This document shows, one piece after another, positions 39,236-47,593 of a DNA stretch of 64,000 nt. The position numbers were made by a program, and so were the translations under genes. Under the pieces are notes generated by a model that was not told where the DNA came from, searched no databases, and saw only the letters and a program-made list of their open reading frames with translations. Source of the DNA: Candidatus Kaiserbacteria bacterium (GTDB lineage: Bacteria > Patescibacteriota > Minisyncoccia > Phycocordibacterales > UBA2100); assembly GCA_016186695.1 (NCBI GenBank), contig JACPLC010000001.1, positions 109,718 through 173,717 on the forward strand, given 5' to 3'. The first letter of the stretch is position 1. Each line of letters opens with the position of its first letter.

Positions 39236-40282
39236 ATGGTTGCCAAAATTTTAGAACGTGGGTTCACTTTCGACGACGTGCTTATCGTCCCGAACGAAAG
39301 CCGGATTGAACCTGCGGAAGCATCTCTCCAAGCGACCGTATGCGGGATCACCCTCAAAGTCCCGTTCCTTTCTGCTGCAATGGATCGCGTCACTGAAACC
39401 TCCATGGCGATTGCGCTCGGCAAGCTCGGGGGCTTGGGTGTTTTGCATCGCAACCTTTCAATAGAAGAGCAAGTAAAGATGGTGCGAGAAGTGAAGAAGA
39501 CTGGCGTTCCTGTTGCGGCGGCATGCGGGCCTTTTGCAGCGGATCGTGCCAAGGCACTGGATGATGCCGGAGTCGATGTGATCGTCATCGATTGCGCACA
39601 CGGGCACAATTTAAATGTTGTTGATAGCGCCAAGAAGATCAAGAAATCGCTCAAGCACGCAAAAATGATCTTCGGGAATATCGCGACCGCCGAGGCGGCA
39701 TATGCAGCCTGCACCTTTGCTGATGCGGTAAAGGTCGGCGTCGGGCCCGGCTCGATTTGCACAACACGGATAATTTCGGGTGTCGGCGTACCGCAACTTT
39801 CTACGATCCTCGACGTTGTTTCTGTCGCGGCGAAAAAGAAGGTGCCTGTCATTGCCGACGGCGGGATGCGTACCTCGGGCGATATTGCGAAGGCACTCGC
39901 TGCGGGCGCTTCCGCGGTGATGCTCGGAAACATTTTTGCCGGTACCGACGAGACACCAGGCAAGACGATTGAAAAAGGAGGGAGGAAATACAAAGAGTAC
40001 CGCGGCATGGGTTCAAAGTCAGTTATCGAGAGTGCGGCGGGGAAGGAGCGCTACTTCACACACGGACGCAAAGCGGTTCCCGAGGGTGTTGAAGCACTTG
40101 TGCCGTATAAGGGGCCTGTCGCAGAGACTGTTGCCGAGCTTTCTTCCGGCATACAGGTGGGCATGGGATACGTGGGTGCGCGTAATTTCAAGGAGTTCCA
40201 TGCGAAAGCGAAGTTCATTCGCATTACGAACGCCTCGATCGCCGAAGGAAAACCGCATTCACTTTCTGGGATAACTGGTTGA
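39236..40282 (+). CDS. guaB: IMP dehydrogenase family protein lacking the CBS subdomain (GuaB-like; GMP reductase not excluded)
   Basis: Catalytic loop GVGPGSICTTR. IMPDH-type YRGMGS...RYF...VPEGVEALVPYKG flap and C-terminal motifs. Only 348 aa, with no CBS pair insertion. Confidence 0.75.
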   Translation: MVAKILERGFTFDDVLIVPNESRIEPAEASLQATVCGITLKVPFLSAAMDRVTETSMAIALGKLGGLGVLHRNLSIEEQVKMVREVKKTGVPVAAACGPFAADRAKALDDAGVDVIVIDCAHGHNLNVVDSAKKIKKSLKHAKMIFGNIATAEAAYAACTFADAVKVGVGPGSICTTRIISGVGVPQLSTILDVVSVAAKKKVPVIADGGMRTSGDIAKALAAGASAVMLGNIFAGTDETPGKTIEKGGRKYKEYRGMGSKSVIESAAGKERYFTHGRKAVPEGVEALVPYKGPVAETVAELSSGIQVGMGYVGARNFKEFHAKAKFIRITNASIAEGKPHSLSGITG

Positions 40283-40283
40283 C

Positions 40284-40373
40284 GCGAGGACGGAGATCGT
40301 TTTCCGCCTGCGGGACTCCCCGCCGGCTGGCGGGTCGAACAGGTCCTCGGCGAAAAAGCGCTCCCGTCCTCGC
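40284..40373 (+). repeat. Structured intergenic repeat family, copy 3 (downstream of guaB-like)
   Basis: Outer stem GCGAGGACGGAG.../...CTCCCGTCCTCGC. Core TTTTCCGCCTGCGGGACTC and GAACAGGTCCTCGGCGAAAAAGCGCTCC. The internal hairpin is replaced by CCCGCCGGCTGGCGGG. Confidence 0.7.
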
Positions 40374-40420
40374 TGATAGGAGAAAATTGCATTCAATACC
40401 CTGTATCGTAAAGTGCTCGC

Positions 40421-41362
40421 ATGAACAGGGTCGTGCTTGGTGCAGCAGCCGTCATCGCGGCCGCATGGCTTTTGATACTTCCGGTTTCGGACACCAGAGA
40501 TTTCGTTCGTCCTGTGCCGGTGATGCCGACTCCCACACCGGAGCCGCGAGCTTCTATTATATTCGGCGGCGATCTGATGTTCGACCGCTCGATCCGAACC
40601 GCCATGGAACAGCACGGAGAAGATTATATTTTTTCCTGCATTGAGGGTGTACTGCAAAGCGCGGATCTCGTGGTAGCAAACCTCGAGGGGCCGATCACCA
40701 CGCACCCGTCAAAAAGTATCGGTACGAAGGTCGGCGGGGAAGGGAATTATACTTTTACATTCCCGATCTCGGCCGCTGCACTACTCTTCCGCCATAACGT
40801 TCGATTGGTAAACATCGGCAACAACCACGTCATGAATTTCGGCCGCGAGGGCCTTGCGCAGACCAAATACTGGCTTGATGAAGCAGGGGTCCTCTATTTC
40901 GGTGAGCCGGATCTTAGCGAGACGGATCGCGTTGAAAGGATCTCGGTGAATGGAATTCCTTTCTCGTTCGTGAACTGGAGCGACTGGACCTCGGATAAGA
41001 CAGATCACACGGTCGCACAGGTACGCGAAGAGGCGGAGAAGGGAAACATCGTCGTCGTGTTTGCACACTGGGGAGACGAATACGTGCCGGCGCCGGAACG
41101 CGTCAAGGTTCTTGCGCGGCAATTCGTCGACGCGGGAGCGGATATTGTCATTGGTGCGCATCCGCACGTTGTACAGGAGCACGAAATCTATCAGGAGAAG
41201 CACATCTACTACTCGCTCGGCAATTTTGTTTTTGATCAGTACTGGAGTGAAGCCGTGCGACGGGGACTTCTGCTTCGCGTCGAATTTACTCGAGAAAGCG
41301 TCGCTTCAGTGGAAGAAATTCCCATTGATAATCAGACTGATCGTCGGACGTGTGCGGGATGA
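40421..41362 (+). CDS. capA: CapA family protein (PGA_cap metallophosphatase-like, poly-gamma-glutamate/capsule-associated)
   Basis: N-terminal TM helix. Calcineurin-like metallophosphatase motifs (GGDLMFDR, GNNH, GAHPH). Confidence 0.75.
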   Translation: MNRVVLGAAAVIAAAWLLILPVSDTRDFVRPVPVMPTPTPEPRASIIFGGDLMFDRSIRTAMEQHGEDYIFSCIEGVLQSADLVVANLEGPITTHPSKSIGTKVGGEGNYTFTFPISAAALLFRHNVRLVNIGNNHVMNFGREGLAQTKYWLDEAGVLYFGEPDLSETDRVERISVNGIPFSFVNWSDWTSDKTDHTVAQVREEAEKGNIVVVFAHWGDEYVPAPERVKVLARQFVDAGADIVIGAHPHVVQEHEIYQEKHIYYSLGNFVFDQYWSEAVRRGLLLRVEFTRESVASVEEIPIDNQTDRRTCAG

Positions 41363-41828
41363 CGCGTTCGCCGAGGAGCGAGAGAAATTCCTTGCGCCGA
41401 TCTTCGCGTCCGATGTCCCAGAGATGCCAAAGAGGGTAGCACTCCGGCGTGTACTCGTAGTGTCCGCGAACTTCCCGGTCTTCAAAAATGCGAAGGTGAT
41501 ATTGGAAAACGAAGTCTTTCACCAGACGCAAACTCACTATCTCTCCGTCGTCCTCCCACGCGACGCGATGATAGGCGTAGCCCTTTTCGATGAGGTATGC
41601 GACAAATTCTTCGATAGAAAGATGCGGTGCGACCGTGCCGAGAAGGAACGGCTGGCGGCCCCGGTTTTTGATGAGGCTTAGCGCAATGACGCTGTCGCGC
41701 ACCGTCGGATGATACGGTGTGTAGTAGTACCAGAAGTAGTACTTGATGCGGTGCACCAGTGAATCGGGATAGACCATCTCCGAGTGGGGGATTTTTTCTA
41801 TGAGCGCACGACGATCATGGGGCGCCAT
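41286..41828 (-). CDS. Hypothetical protein (Trp/Tyr-rich); 3' end overlaps the capA 3' end by 77 nt
   Basis: 180-aa ORF with no recognised motif. Convergent overlap with capA. Confidence 0.4.
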   Translation of the reverse strand: MAPHDRRALIEKIPHSEMVYPDSLVHRIKYYFWYYYTPYHPTVRDSVIALSLIKNRGRQPFLLGTVAPHLSIEEFVAYLIEKGYAYHRVAWEDDGEIVSLRLVKDFVFQYHLRIFEDREVRGHYEYTPECYPLWHLWDIGREDRRKEFLSLLGERVIPHTSDDQSDYQWEFLPLKRRFLE

Positions 41829-42005
41829 ACATGTACTTCGTCGCGTATTGTATCAGGTGATATTGTTCCCGTGCAACGACGCGGCGTTGAAGGGACCGCG
41901 TTTTTGCAGTATTCTCAACGAATTGCGGATCTCGCCGGACGTGTCTGTCCACAGAGGGAGGGTTCTGTTTCTAAACTTTGTTCCAGAACCCGTATACTGT
42001 AATCA

Positions 42006-42350
42006 ATGCCATACATTGATCGAGAAAAAAAGCGATTGTATGACCAAAAGTGGAACAGGGAATATTATCGTAACAATCGGAAATCAGAGATTGCGCGAGT
42101 CAGAAAAAGAAAACAGGAACTTCGTGATTGGCTGGATGCGTACAAGACCAAACTCAAATGTGAAATATGCGGCGAGAAGCACCCAGCATGCCTTGATTTT
42201 CATCATAGAGATTCCAGTAAAAAAGATTTTTCGATCGGCGCTATAAAAGAATATGGGTGGGGCAGGGAAAAAGTACTTCTTGAGATACAAAAGTGCATGG
42301 TAGTATGCGCCAACTGCCATAGAAAAATACATGCGAGTAGGCTAAAATAG
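42006..42350 (+). CDS. HNH endonuclease family protein, low GC (about 40%)
   Basis: HNH zinc-finger pattern CEICGEKHPACLDFHHRD...CANCHRKIH. Lys/Arg-rich N-terminus. Ends 9 nt before tRNA-Gln. Confidence 0.7.
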   Translation: MPYIDREKKRLYDQKWNREYYRNNRKSEIARVRKRKQELRDWLDAYKTKLKCEICGEKHPACLDFHHRDSSKKDFSIGAIKEYGWGREKVLLEIQKCMVVCANCHRKIHASRLK

Positions 42351-42358
42351 GCAGGAAT

Positions 42359-42429
42359 TGCGGGATCATCTAATGGTAGGATGCGACTCTCTGGAAGTCG
42401 TCATCTTGGTTCGAATCCAAGTCCCGCAG
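42359..42429 (+). tRNA. tRNA-Gln (anticodon CTG)
   Basis: Acceptor TGCGGGA/TCCCGCA. D-arm ATCT...GGAT. Anticodon stem CGACT/AGTCG with loop CTCTGGA. T-arm CTTGG TTCGAAT CCAAG. Confidence 0.75.
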
Positions 42430-42631
42430 TCAGGCAAATTTACACGCCTTGACTAGCGCGTGGTCGAATAACGACTCTGCTGAGTCATAAAATGGAAATG
42501 AGCGAACAAAATAGATTCGAACCACTGGTGTCAGGCGAGCTTCACTTGCATTTCAAGTATGGCATGGTACCTTTTAAGTACAGTTGGCTTCGGCCTCACC
42601 CCCGCAAGGGGGAGAATATGTGGAAAGGCCG

Positions 42632-43015
42632 TCAGAGCAATCCTCTGGCGGCTTTTCTCAATCGGGCGAAAATATTCTTATCAAGAAAGCCGACCTTTTC
42701 CGCAAGGCGGCGTGTATCGATAACCCGCAACTGGGATAGGTTGGCTCGTGCCGGACGACCGTCAACCACCCCAATAGAGACACGAAGTGGATGCTCGCGG
42801 GCAGAAGTGGTGAGCGGTGCGACGAGACAAGCATCAGGGCCGAACCCGCGCAGTATGAGTGCCGGGCGGAGAAAATTATCACCTCGCCCGTCTTGTTCAG
42901 ATCCCACGTTCACACCAAGTCGGCACCACCATATTTCGCGAACGGTATAAAGGCGGGGAGGTTCCGCGTTCGTTTGCTTCTTCAGTGTATTCCATCGATC
43001 AAAATCTTTCTCCAT
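42632..43015 (-). CDS. PemK/MazF-like toxin domain protein; no cognate antitoxin gene evident upstream
   Basis: Pattern REIWWCRLGVNVGSEQDGRGDNFLRPALIL...PLTTS resembles the PemK/MazF core (GEIWLVSLDPTAGHEQQGTRPVLIV...PVTS). N-terminal extension of about 25 aa. Confidence 0.5.
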   Translation of the reverse strand: MEKDFDRWNTLKKQTNAEPPRLYTVREIWWCRLGVNVGSEQDGRGDNFLRPALILRGFGPDACLVAPLTTSAREHPLRVSIGVVDGRPARANLSQLRVIDTRRLAEKVGFLDKNIFARLRKAARGLL

Positions 43016-43094
43016 ATACGCGCAGGAATTATAACATCACAAGTGCGGTCATCTGTGGATGAGACGTTTGCCTGTGTGGCACAATCTCGGGTCT

Positions 43095-43331
43095 ATGAAA
43101 AAACCCGACAAGAATTATTCTGCAGCAGTGCCGATCGCTGACGAGCGCATTGAGGAGTTTCGACGTATTTACAAAGAAGCATACGGGGAGGAGATTTCAG
43201 TAGGCAACGCGCGAATAATGGCGCTGCGTCTCATCACGCTTTATCGATTACTCATGCAGCCGCTGCACGGCGAAGGCTCTTCGTCTCCTTCACAAGACTC
43301 TCCGGCTCAAAGCGCTGACGAAGCGTCCTGA
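43095..43331 (+). CDS. Hypothetical small protein (78 aa), divergent from the MazF-like gene
   Basis: ORF only. Confidence 0.25.
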   Translation: MKKPDKNYSAAVPIADERIEEFRRIYKEAYGEEISVGNARIMALRLITLYRLLMQPLHGEGSSSPSQDSPAQSADEAS

Positions 43332-43477
43332 TATTTTCGAGTATGCCCTGCCCGTCTTCGGTGTGTAGCATGGCAGAAATTTCTTTCGTTAAGCGATTGA
43401 ACCAGCGTTTCTTGCCAATTCGGCTAAAAGTTCTAACATCGTCGATGACTCCCAGCCAAATTACAGCCAAATTAGGT

Positions 43478-43804
43478 ATGAGTGATGTAATAATCGGAAA
43501 AGGGAATTTGGCAGGAAAGGGCGTGTATGCAAATCGAGATTTTAAAGCGGGAGAAATTGTAATTCAGTATCACCTAAAATCTTTGACGGAGGAAGAATTT
43601 CAGAATCTTCCTGAAAGTGAAAAAGAGTTTACTCATATCTATCGTGGAGTCATTCGTCTTTATTCAGGACCAGAACGATACGTTAATCATTCCGCGAATC
43701 CCAATACCTCTCAAGATCTAGAAAACGGGCGAGATGTAGCTTTGCGCGATATTAAGAAGGGGGGAGTGATCACGACTGACGCGACTAAGGATGACTCCAA
43801 CTAG
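43478..43804 (+). CDS. SET-domain protein (putative lysine methyltransferase), low GC (about 42%)
   Basis: GKGVYANRDFKAGEIVIQY is a SET N-region. RYVNHSANPNT corresponds to the NHSxxPN motif. ALRDIKKGGVITTD is post-SET-like. About 108 aa from the internal ATG. Confidence 0.6.
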   Translation: MSDVIIGKGNLAGKGVYANRDFKAGEIVIQYHLKSLTEEEFQNLPESEKEFTHIYRGVIRLYSGPERYVNHSANPNTSQDLENGRDVALRDIKKGGVITTDATKDDSN

Positions 43805-43858
43805 CCTCCAGATTGGTTCCAATATCGTATCAGACGGCCAGCAACCGAGCATGAGCAA

Positions 43859-43885
43859 TTGACTTTGGACAGCTTGCAATATAAA
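43859..43885 (+). promoter_or_regulatory. Putative promoter (TTGACT N15 TATAAA) upstream of the cold-shock gene with a long 5' UTR
   Basis: Hexamers seen in sequence. Cold-shock genes typically have long structured leaders. Confidence 0.3.
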
Positions 43886-44022
43886 TACGTCATGATACTA
43901 TTGCTACATCATTTCAGGGTGATCCAGAGAAGCGGGGATCGACCTTCAACTCCACTCACTGTATTTGATCGATCGAAAATATTTCGGTCGCGATTATCAG
44001 TCCAATCTATTCTTCCATTGCT

Positions 44023-44226
44023 ATGCAAGAAGGAACAATTGCCCGTCTCACCGATAAGGGTTTCGGGTTTATCTCTCGCGAGGGACAGGAAAAAGATCTC
44101 TTTTTCCACTCCAACGAGCTCGTGAATGTTAAGTTCGATGAGCTTCGCGAAGGAGACAAAGTGACTTTTGAAGTCGCGGACAGTCCGAAAGGACCGAACG
44201 CGGTGAAGGTCAGCCGCGTTTCCTAA
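44023..44226 (+). CDS. Cold-shock protein (CspA family, S1-like OB fold)
   Basis: RNP1 KGFGFI and RNP2-like FFH motifs. 67 aa. Confidence 0.88.
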   Translation: MQEGTIARLTDKGFGFISREGQEKDLFFHSNELVNVKFDELREGDKVTFEVADSPKGPNAVKVSRVS

Positions 44227-44291
44227 AGTAAAAGCGCTCCGTATGGGGCGCTTTGCATATAAGTGTTTCTGGTCTGAATTTCGTATTCTGT

Positions 44292-44297
44292 TATACT
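44292..44297 (+). promoter_or_regulatory. TATACT -10 hexamer 7 nt upstream of the HlyD-family gene ATG
   Basis: Sequence tgtTATACTgccgcaaATG. Confidence 0.3.
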
Positions 44298-44304
44298 GCC
44301 GCAA

Positions 44305-45852
44305 ATGCAAAAAATCCTCGCTCATATACGCGCGAACGCTGTGGTCTACGGCGGCGTTGCCGTCGTGCTGCTCGGCGCCGGGTTTCTGTTTTCGAACAGT
44401 AAGAACGGCAAGGAGGAGCTCCTTACGGTTACGGCCGGTGCCTTCGTGCAAGAGGTAAGCGTGTCGGGAAAGGTGATAGCCGCTCAAGACGTGGACCTCG
44501 GATTCTCGCAGGGCGGTCGTGTTGCCGGCGTATATGTGAAAGTCGGCCAGCAGGTACAAGCGGGAACCACTCTCGCGGAGCTCGATAACGGCGATCTACG
44601 CGCGAGTGTCTTGCAGAAGCAAGCCGCTCTGGAGCGCGAGAAGGCATCGCTTGCACTGCTGCGCGAGGGAACACGGTCGGAAGAGGTGGAAATTGCACTC
44701 TCTGAAGTGAGGAGTGACGAAACGGAGCTCACGCAGAAGCGTAATTCGCTTGTTGAGGCGGTAAAAGACGCATTCAGCACGTCGGATGATGCCGTGCGCA
44801 ACACTATTGACCAATTCATCAGCAGTCCGCGAATCGATCCCCAAATCAATTTCATCGTGAGTGATATTCAACTCGAAACCAAGGTCGAGCACACACGCCT
44901 TGCGATGGAAAGCGTGCTCGCGCTCTGGCAGAGGAACGTGGAAGGGCTTGCAGCCGATTCCGCGCTCCCAGGTGCGGTCTCGGAGGCGCAGTACAACCTC
45001 TCGCAAGTTGCCTTGCTGCTGACGGATGCCAACACTGTTCTCAATAAGGCAGTGCCAACGGGGAGCAATACGCAGGCAGTAATCGACGGTTACGAGACTG
45101 ACGTCGCCGCCGTGCGCGCTGCTGTGAATGTCGCCGCCTCGGCCCTCGTTTCTGCGATAACCGCAGAGAAAAATGCAGTCTCGGCACTCGAAACTTCACG
45201 CAGGAGTCTCACGCTTAAACAGGCAGGCACGCGTGCAAGTGACATTGATGCGCAGGAGGCGGATGTGAAAGTTGCGGAGGCCGACCTTGCAAACGCGCAT
45301 GCGCAACTAGGGAAGACGATCATGCGGGCCCCCTTCACGGGGGTCGTCACAAAAATGGATCTCAAGATCGGACAAGTAGCATCCGCGAGTGTTTCGGACG
45401 TTTCCATGATCTCTTCCGGCACGTTCCAGATAGAAAGCTTTGTTCCCGAGGTGAACATCGCTCTCATCGAAGTCGGTGACCCGGGGAACGTGACACTTGA
45501 CGCATATAGTGCAGATGTCGTATTTACCGCGCGCATTATTTCTATCGATCCTGCAGAAACGACTCGCGATGGTGTTTCTACGTACCGTTCACTTCTCCAG
45601 TTTTCTGAAAACGATCCCCGTATCAGACCGGGAATGACGGCTAACGTTGTTATCAAAACCGACGAGCGTGCCGGTATAATCAGCGTCCCGCAGGGGATCG
45701 TTTTCGAGCGTGGTGGCAAAAAGTATGTCCGTGTGAAGATCGGTAAGGAGATTGAGGAGAGAGTGGTAACGACGGGCGCTGTCTCGAACCTCGGCAACGT
45801 TGAAATTCTTTCGGGTCTTTCGGAGGGCGAGCTAGTCGTGCTCTCGCCGTAG
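44305..45852 (+). CDS. HlyD-family periplasmic adaptor (membrane fusion protein) of a MacAB-like efflux system
   Basis: N-terminal TM helix. Long coiled-coil hairpin. Beta-barrel and lipoyl-like domains. 515 aa. Confidence 0.75.
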   Translation: MQKILAHIRANAVVYGGVAVVLLGAGFLFSNSKNGKEELLTVTAGAFVQEVSVSGKVIAAQDVDLGFSQGGRVAGVYVKVGQQVQAGTTLAELDNGDLRASVLQKQAALEREKASLALLREGTRSEEVEIALSEVRSDETELTQKRNSLVEAVKDAFSTSDDAVRNTIDQFISSPRIDPQINFIVSDIQLETKVEHTRLAMESVLALWQRNVEGLAADSALPGAVSEAQYNLSQVALLLTDANTVLNKAVPTGSNTQAVIDGYETDVAAVRAAVNVAASALVSAITAEKNAVSALETSRRSLTLKQAGTRASDIDAQEADVKVAEADLANAHAQLGKTIMRAPFTGVVTKMDLKIGQVASASVSDVSMISSGTFQIESFVPEVNIALIEVGDPGNVTLDAYSADVVFTARIISIDPAETTRDGVSTYRSLLQFSENDPRIRPGMTANVVIKTDERAGIISVPQGIVFERGGKKYVRVKIGKEIEERVVTTGAVSNLGNVEILSGLSEGELVVLSP

Positions 45853-45856
45853 GTAC

Positions 45857-47107
45857 ATGGTCCCCCTGAATATTCGTGTTGGTTTTTTCTTAGCTCTGCG
45901 GGCCTTGAAGAGAGCATCACTCTGGACCACCGGACTCATTGTTTTTGTAATGGTGCTCACGTTCCTCAACCTTGTCGTTATCTCGGGAATCTTGGTAGGG
46001 CTTTTGCAAGGAGCGGTTGACGCGGTGCGCACCGAATACACGAGCGATGTCATTATCTCGACCTTGAGTGACAAGAGCTACATCGAGAACAGCGCAAACC
46101 TCATATTGCTTGCCAAAGGACTGCCCGGTGTCGAGCGTGTGACTGCCCGGTACATCGAGGCGTCGCGACTCGAGGCCGGCTACCAGACGCGGAAAGAATC
46201 GGATAAGCCCGATACCGCGAACGCATTGGTTGTCGGCGTCGATCCCGAAGAAGAAGACGCGATCAGCGGAATCTCAAACGACATTATCGAAGGCGAATTT
46301 CTTGAGGCAGGCGATTACGACAAGATAGTGCTCGGCAACTACCTTTTAAAGCAGTACATTTTGTTTGAAACGCCCGGACTTGCGACGCTCGATGACGTCG
46401 GCATTGGCACGAAGATCCGCCTGCACGTGGGCGACGTGACGCGAGAGGTCACCGTGAAGGGTATTCTCAAGAGCAAGGTTGACGAGATAGCACTGCGTGC
46501 GTTCATGGTCGATTCGCAGTTCAGGAGCATTATCGGACGCAACGATGGAAATGTTGACGAGATCGCCATCAAGACCAACGAAGAGACGACACCGGAACAG
46601 CTCCGCGACGCGCTGATTCTTCGAGGTGTTAGAGAGGATGCGAGAGTGCAAACCTTCGAGGAGGCGCAGCCACAAGCATTCAAAGACGTCATCAGTACCT
46701 TCAATATGCTTGGCACCATGTTTTCCTCGATCGGGCTTGTCGTCGCCTCCGTCACTATTTTCATCGTAATTTTCGTAAATGCACTCACGCGCCGAAAGTA
46801 CATCGGGATATTGAAAGGCATTGGTGTTTCTGGCCGCGCGATCGAGTTCTCCTATGTCTTCCAATCCATTTTTTACGCTGTCATCGGCTCGGCAATCGGG
46901 CTTGCACTCGTGTACGGGTTTCTCGTGCCCTACTTTCTAGCGAACCCGATCGATTTTCCCTTCAGCGACGGCATTCTGGTTGCACCCTATGAGCAGACCT
47001 TTTTCCGCGTTGGTCTTCTTGTCGTCTCGACAGTCGTTGCTGGCTACATTCCCGCATGGATGATTATCAGGAGAAACACGCTCGACTCGATACTGGGCCG
47101 CAACTAA
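45857..47107 (+). CDS. ABC transporter permease, FtsX/MacB-like
   Basis: N-terminal TM helix, large periplasmic domain, three C-terminal TM helices. 416 aa. Confidence 0.8.
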   Translation: MVPLNIRVGFFLALRALKRASLWTTGLIVFVMVLTFLNLVVISGILVGLLQGAVDAVRTEYTSDVIISTLSDKSYIENSANLILLAKGLPGVERVTARYIEASRLEAGYQTRKESDKPDTANALVVGVDPEEEDAISGISNDIIEGEFLEAGDYDKIVLGNYLLKQYILFETPGLATLDDVGIGTKIRLHVGDVTREVTVKGILKSKVDEIALRAFMVDSQFRSIIGRNDGNVDEIAIKTNEETTPEQLRDALILRGVREDARVQTFEEAQPQAFKDVISTFNMLGTMFSSIGLVVASVTIFIVIFVNALTRRKYIGILKGIGVSGRAIEFSYVFQSIFYAVIGSAIGLALVYGFLVPYFLANPIDFPFSDGILVAPYEQTFFRVGLLVVSTVVAGYIPAWMIIRRNTLDSILGRN

Positions 47108-47113
47108 ACGACC

Positions 47114-47585
47114 ATGATACAAACCGCACAATTGATGAAAACATTCAAGAACGGCGATGTGTTCACGCCCGTCTTGAAGGGGATCGACTTTGTGGCCTCG
47201 CAAGGCGAGTGGGTCGCCATCATGGGCCGAAGCGGCGCAGGCAAATCTACCTTTCTCTATCAGATGAGTCTCCTCGACGATCCGACGAGCGGGGAGATCG
47301 TTATCGATGGACATGACACGCATGAGATGAGTGCGAACGAGAAGATGCAGTTTCGGCTTTCGAAGTTTGGATTTGTGTTTCAACGAGCCAAAAGTGCTTT
47401 TTGCGGACGAACCGACTGCAAACCTCGACAACGAATCCTCGAGGCGCATCATGGAAATATTCACTGAGCTCCATAAGGCGGGGCAGACTATCATCATGGT
47501 CACGCACGAAGAACAGTATGCAAGTCTTACACAGCGTATCGTGCACCTCGACGACGGTCGCGTTGTCTCTGAGGAGAAACAGTAA
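47114..47585 (+). pseudogene. ABC transporter ATP-binding protein (MacB/LolD-like) disrupted by an internal deletion of about 70 codons plus a frameshift
   Basis: Frame A (47114..47467) has Walker A GRSGAGKST and Q-loop FGFVFQ, then nonsense. Frame B (47331..47585) resumes at NEPKVLFADEPTANLD (Walker B) through the H-loop region and C-terminus. The ABC signature LSGGQ and about 200 nt are missing between the two blocks. Confidence 0.6.
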
Positions 47586-47593
47586 AATTTCCC

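Noticed and set aside
38962-40008. 348-aa minus-strand ORF antisense to the pyrG 3' end and the guaB-like gene
   Set aside because: Ala/Ser/Thr/Pro-rich low-complexity translation. The sense strand encodes conserved CTP synthase and IMPDH motifs.
43909-44559. 216-aa minus-strand ORF covering the cold-shock gene
   Set aside because: It overlaps the highly conserved CspA-family ORF on the plus strand, which has RNP1/RNP2 motifs.
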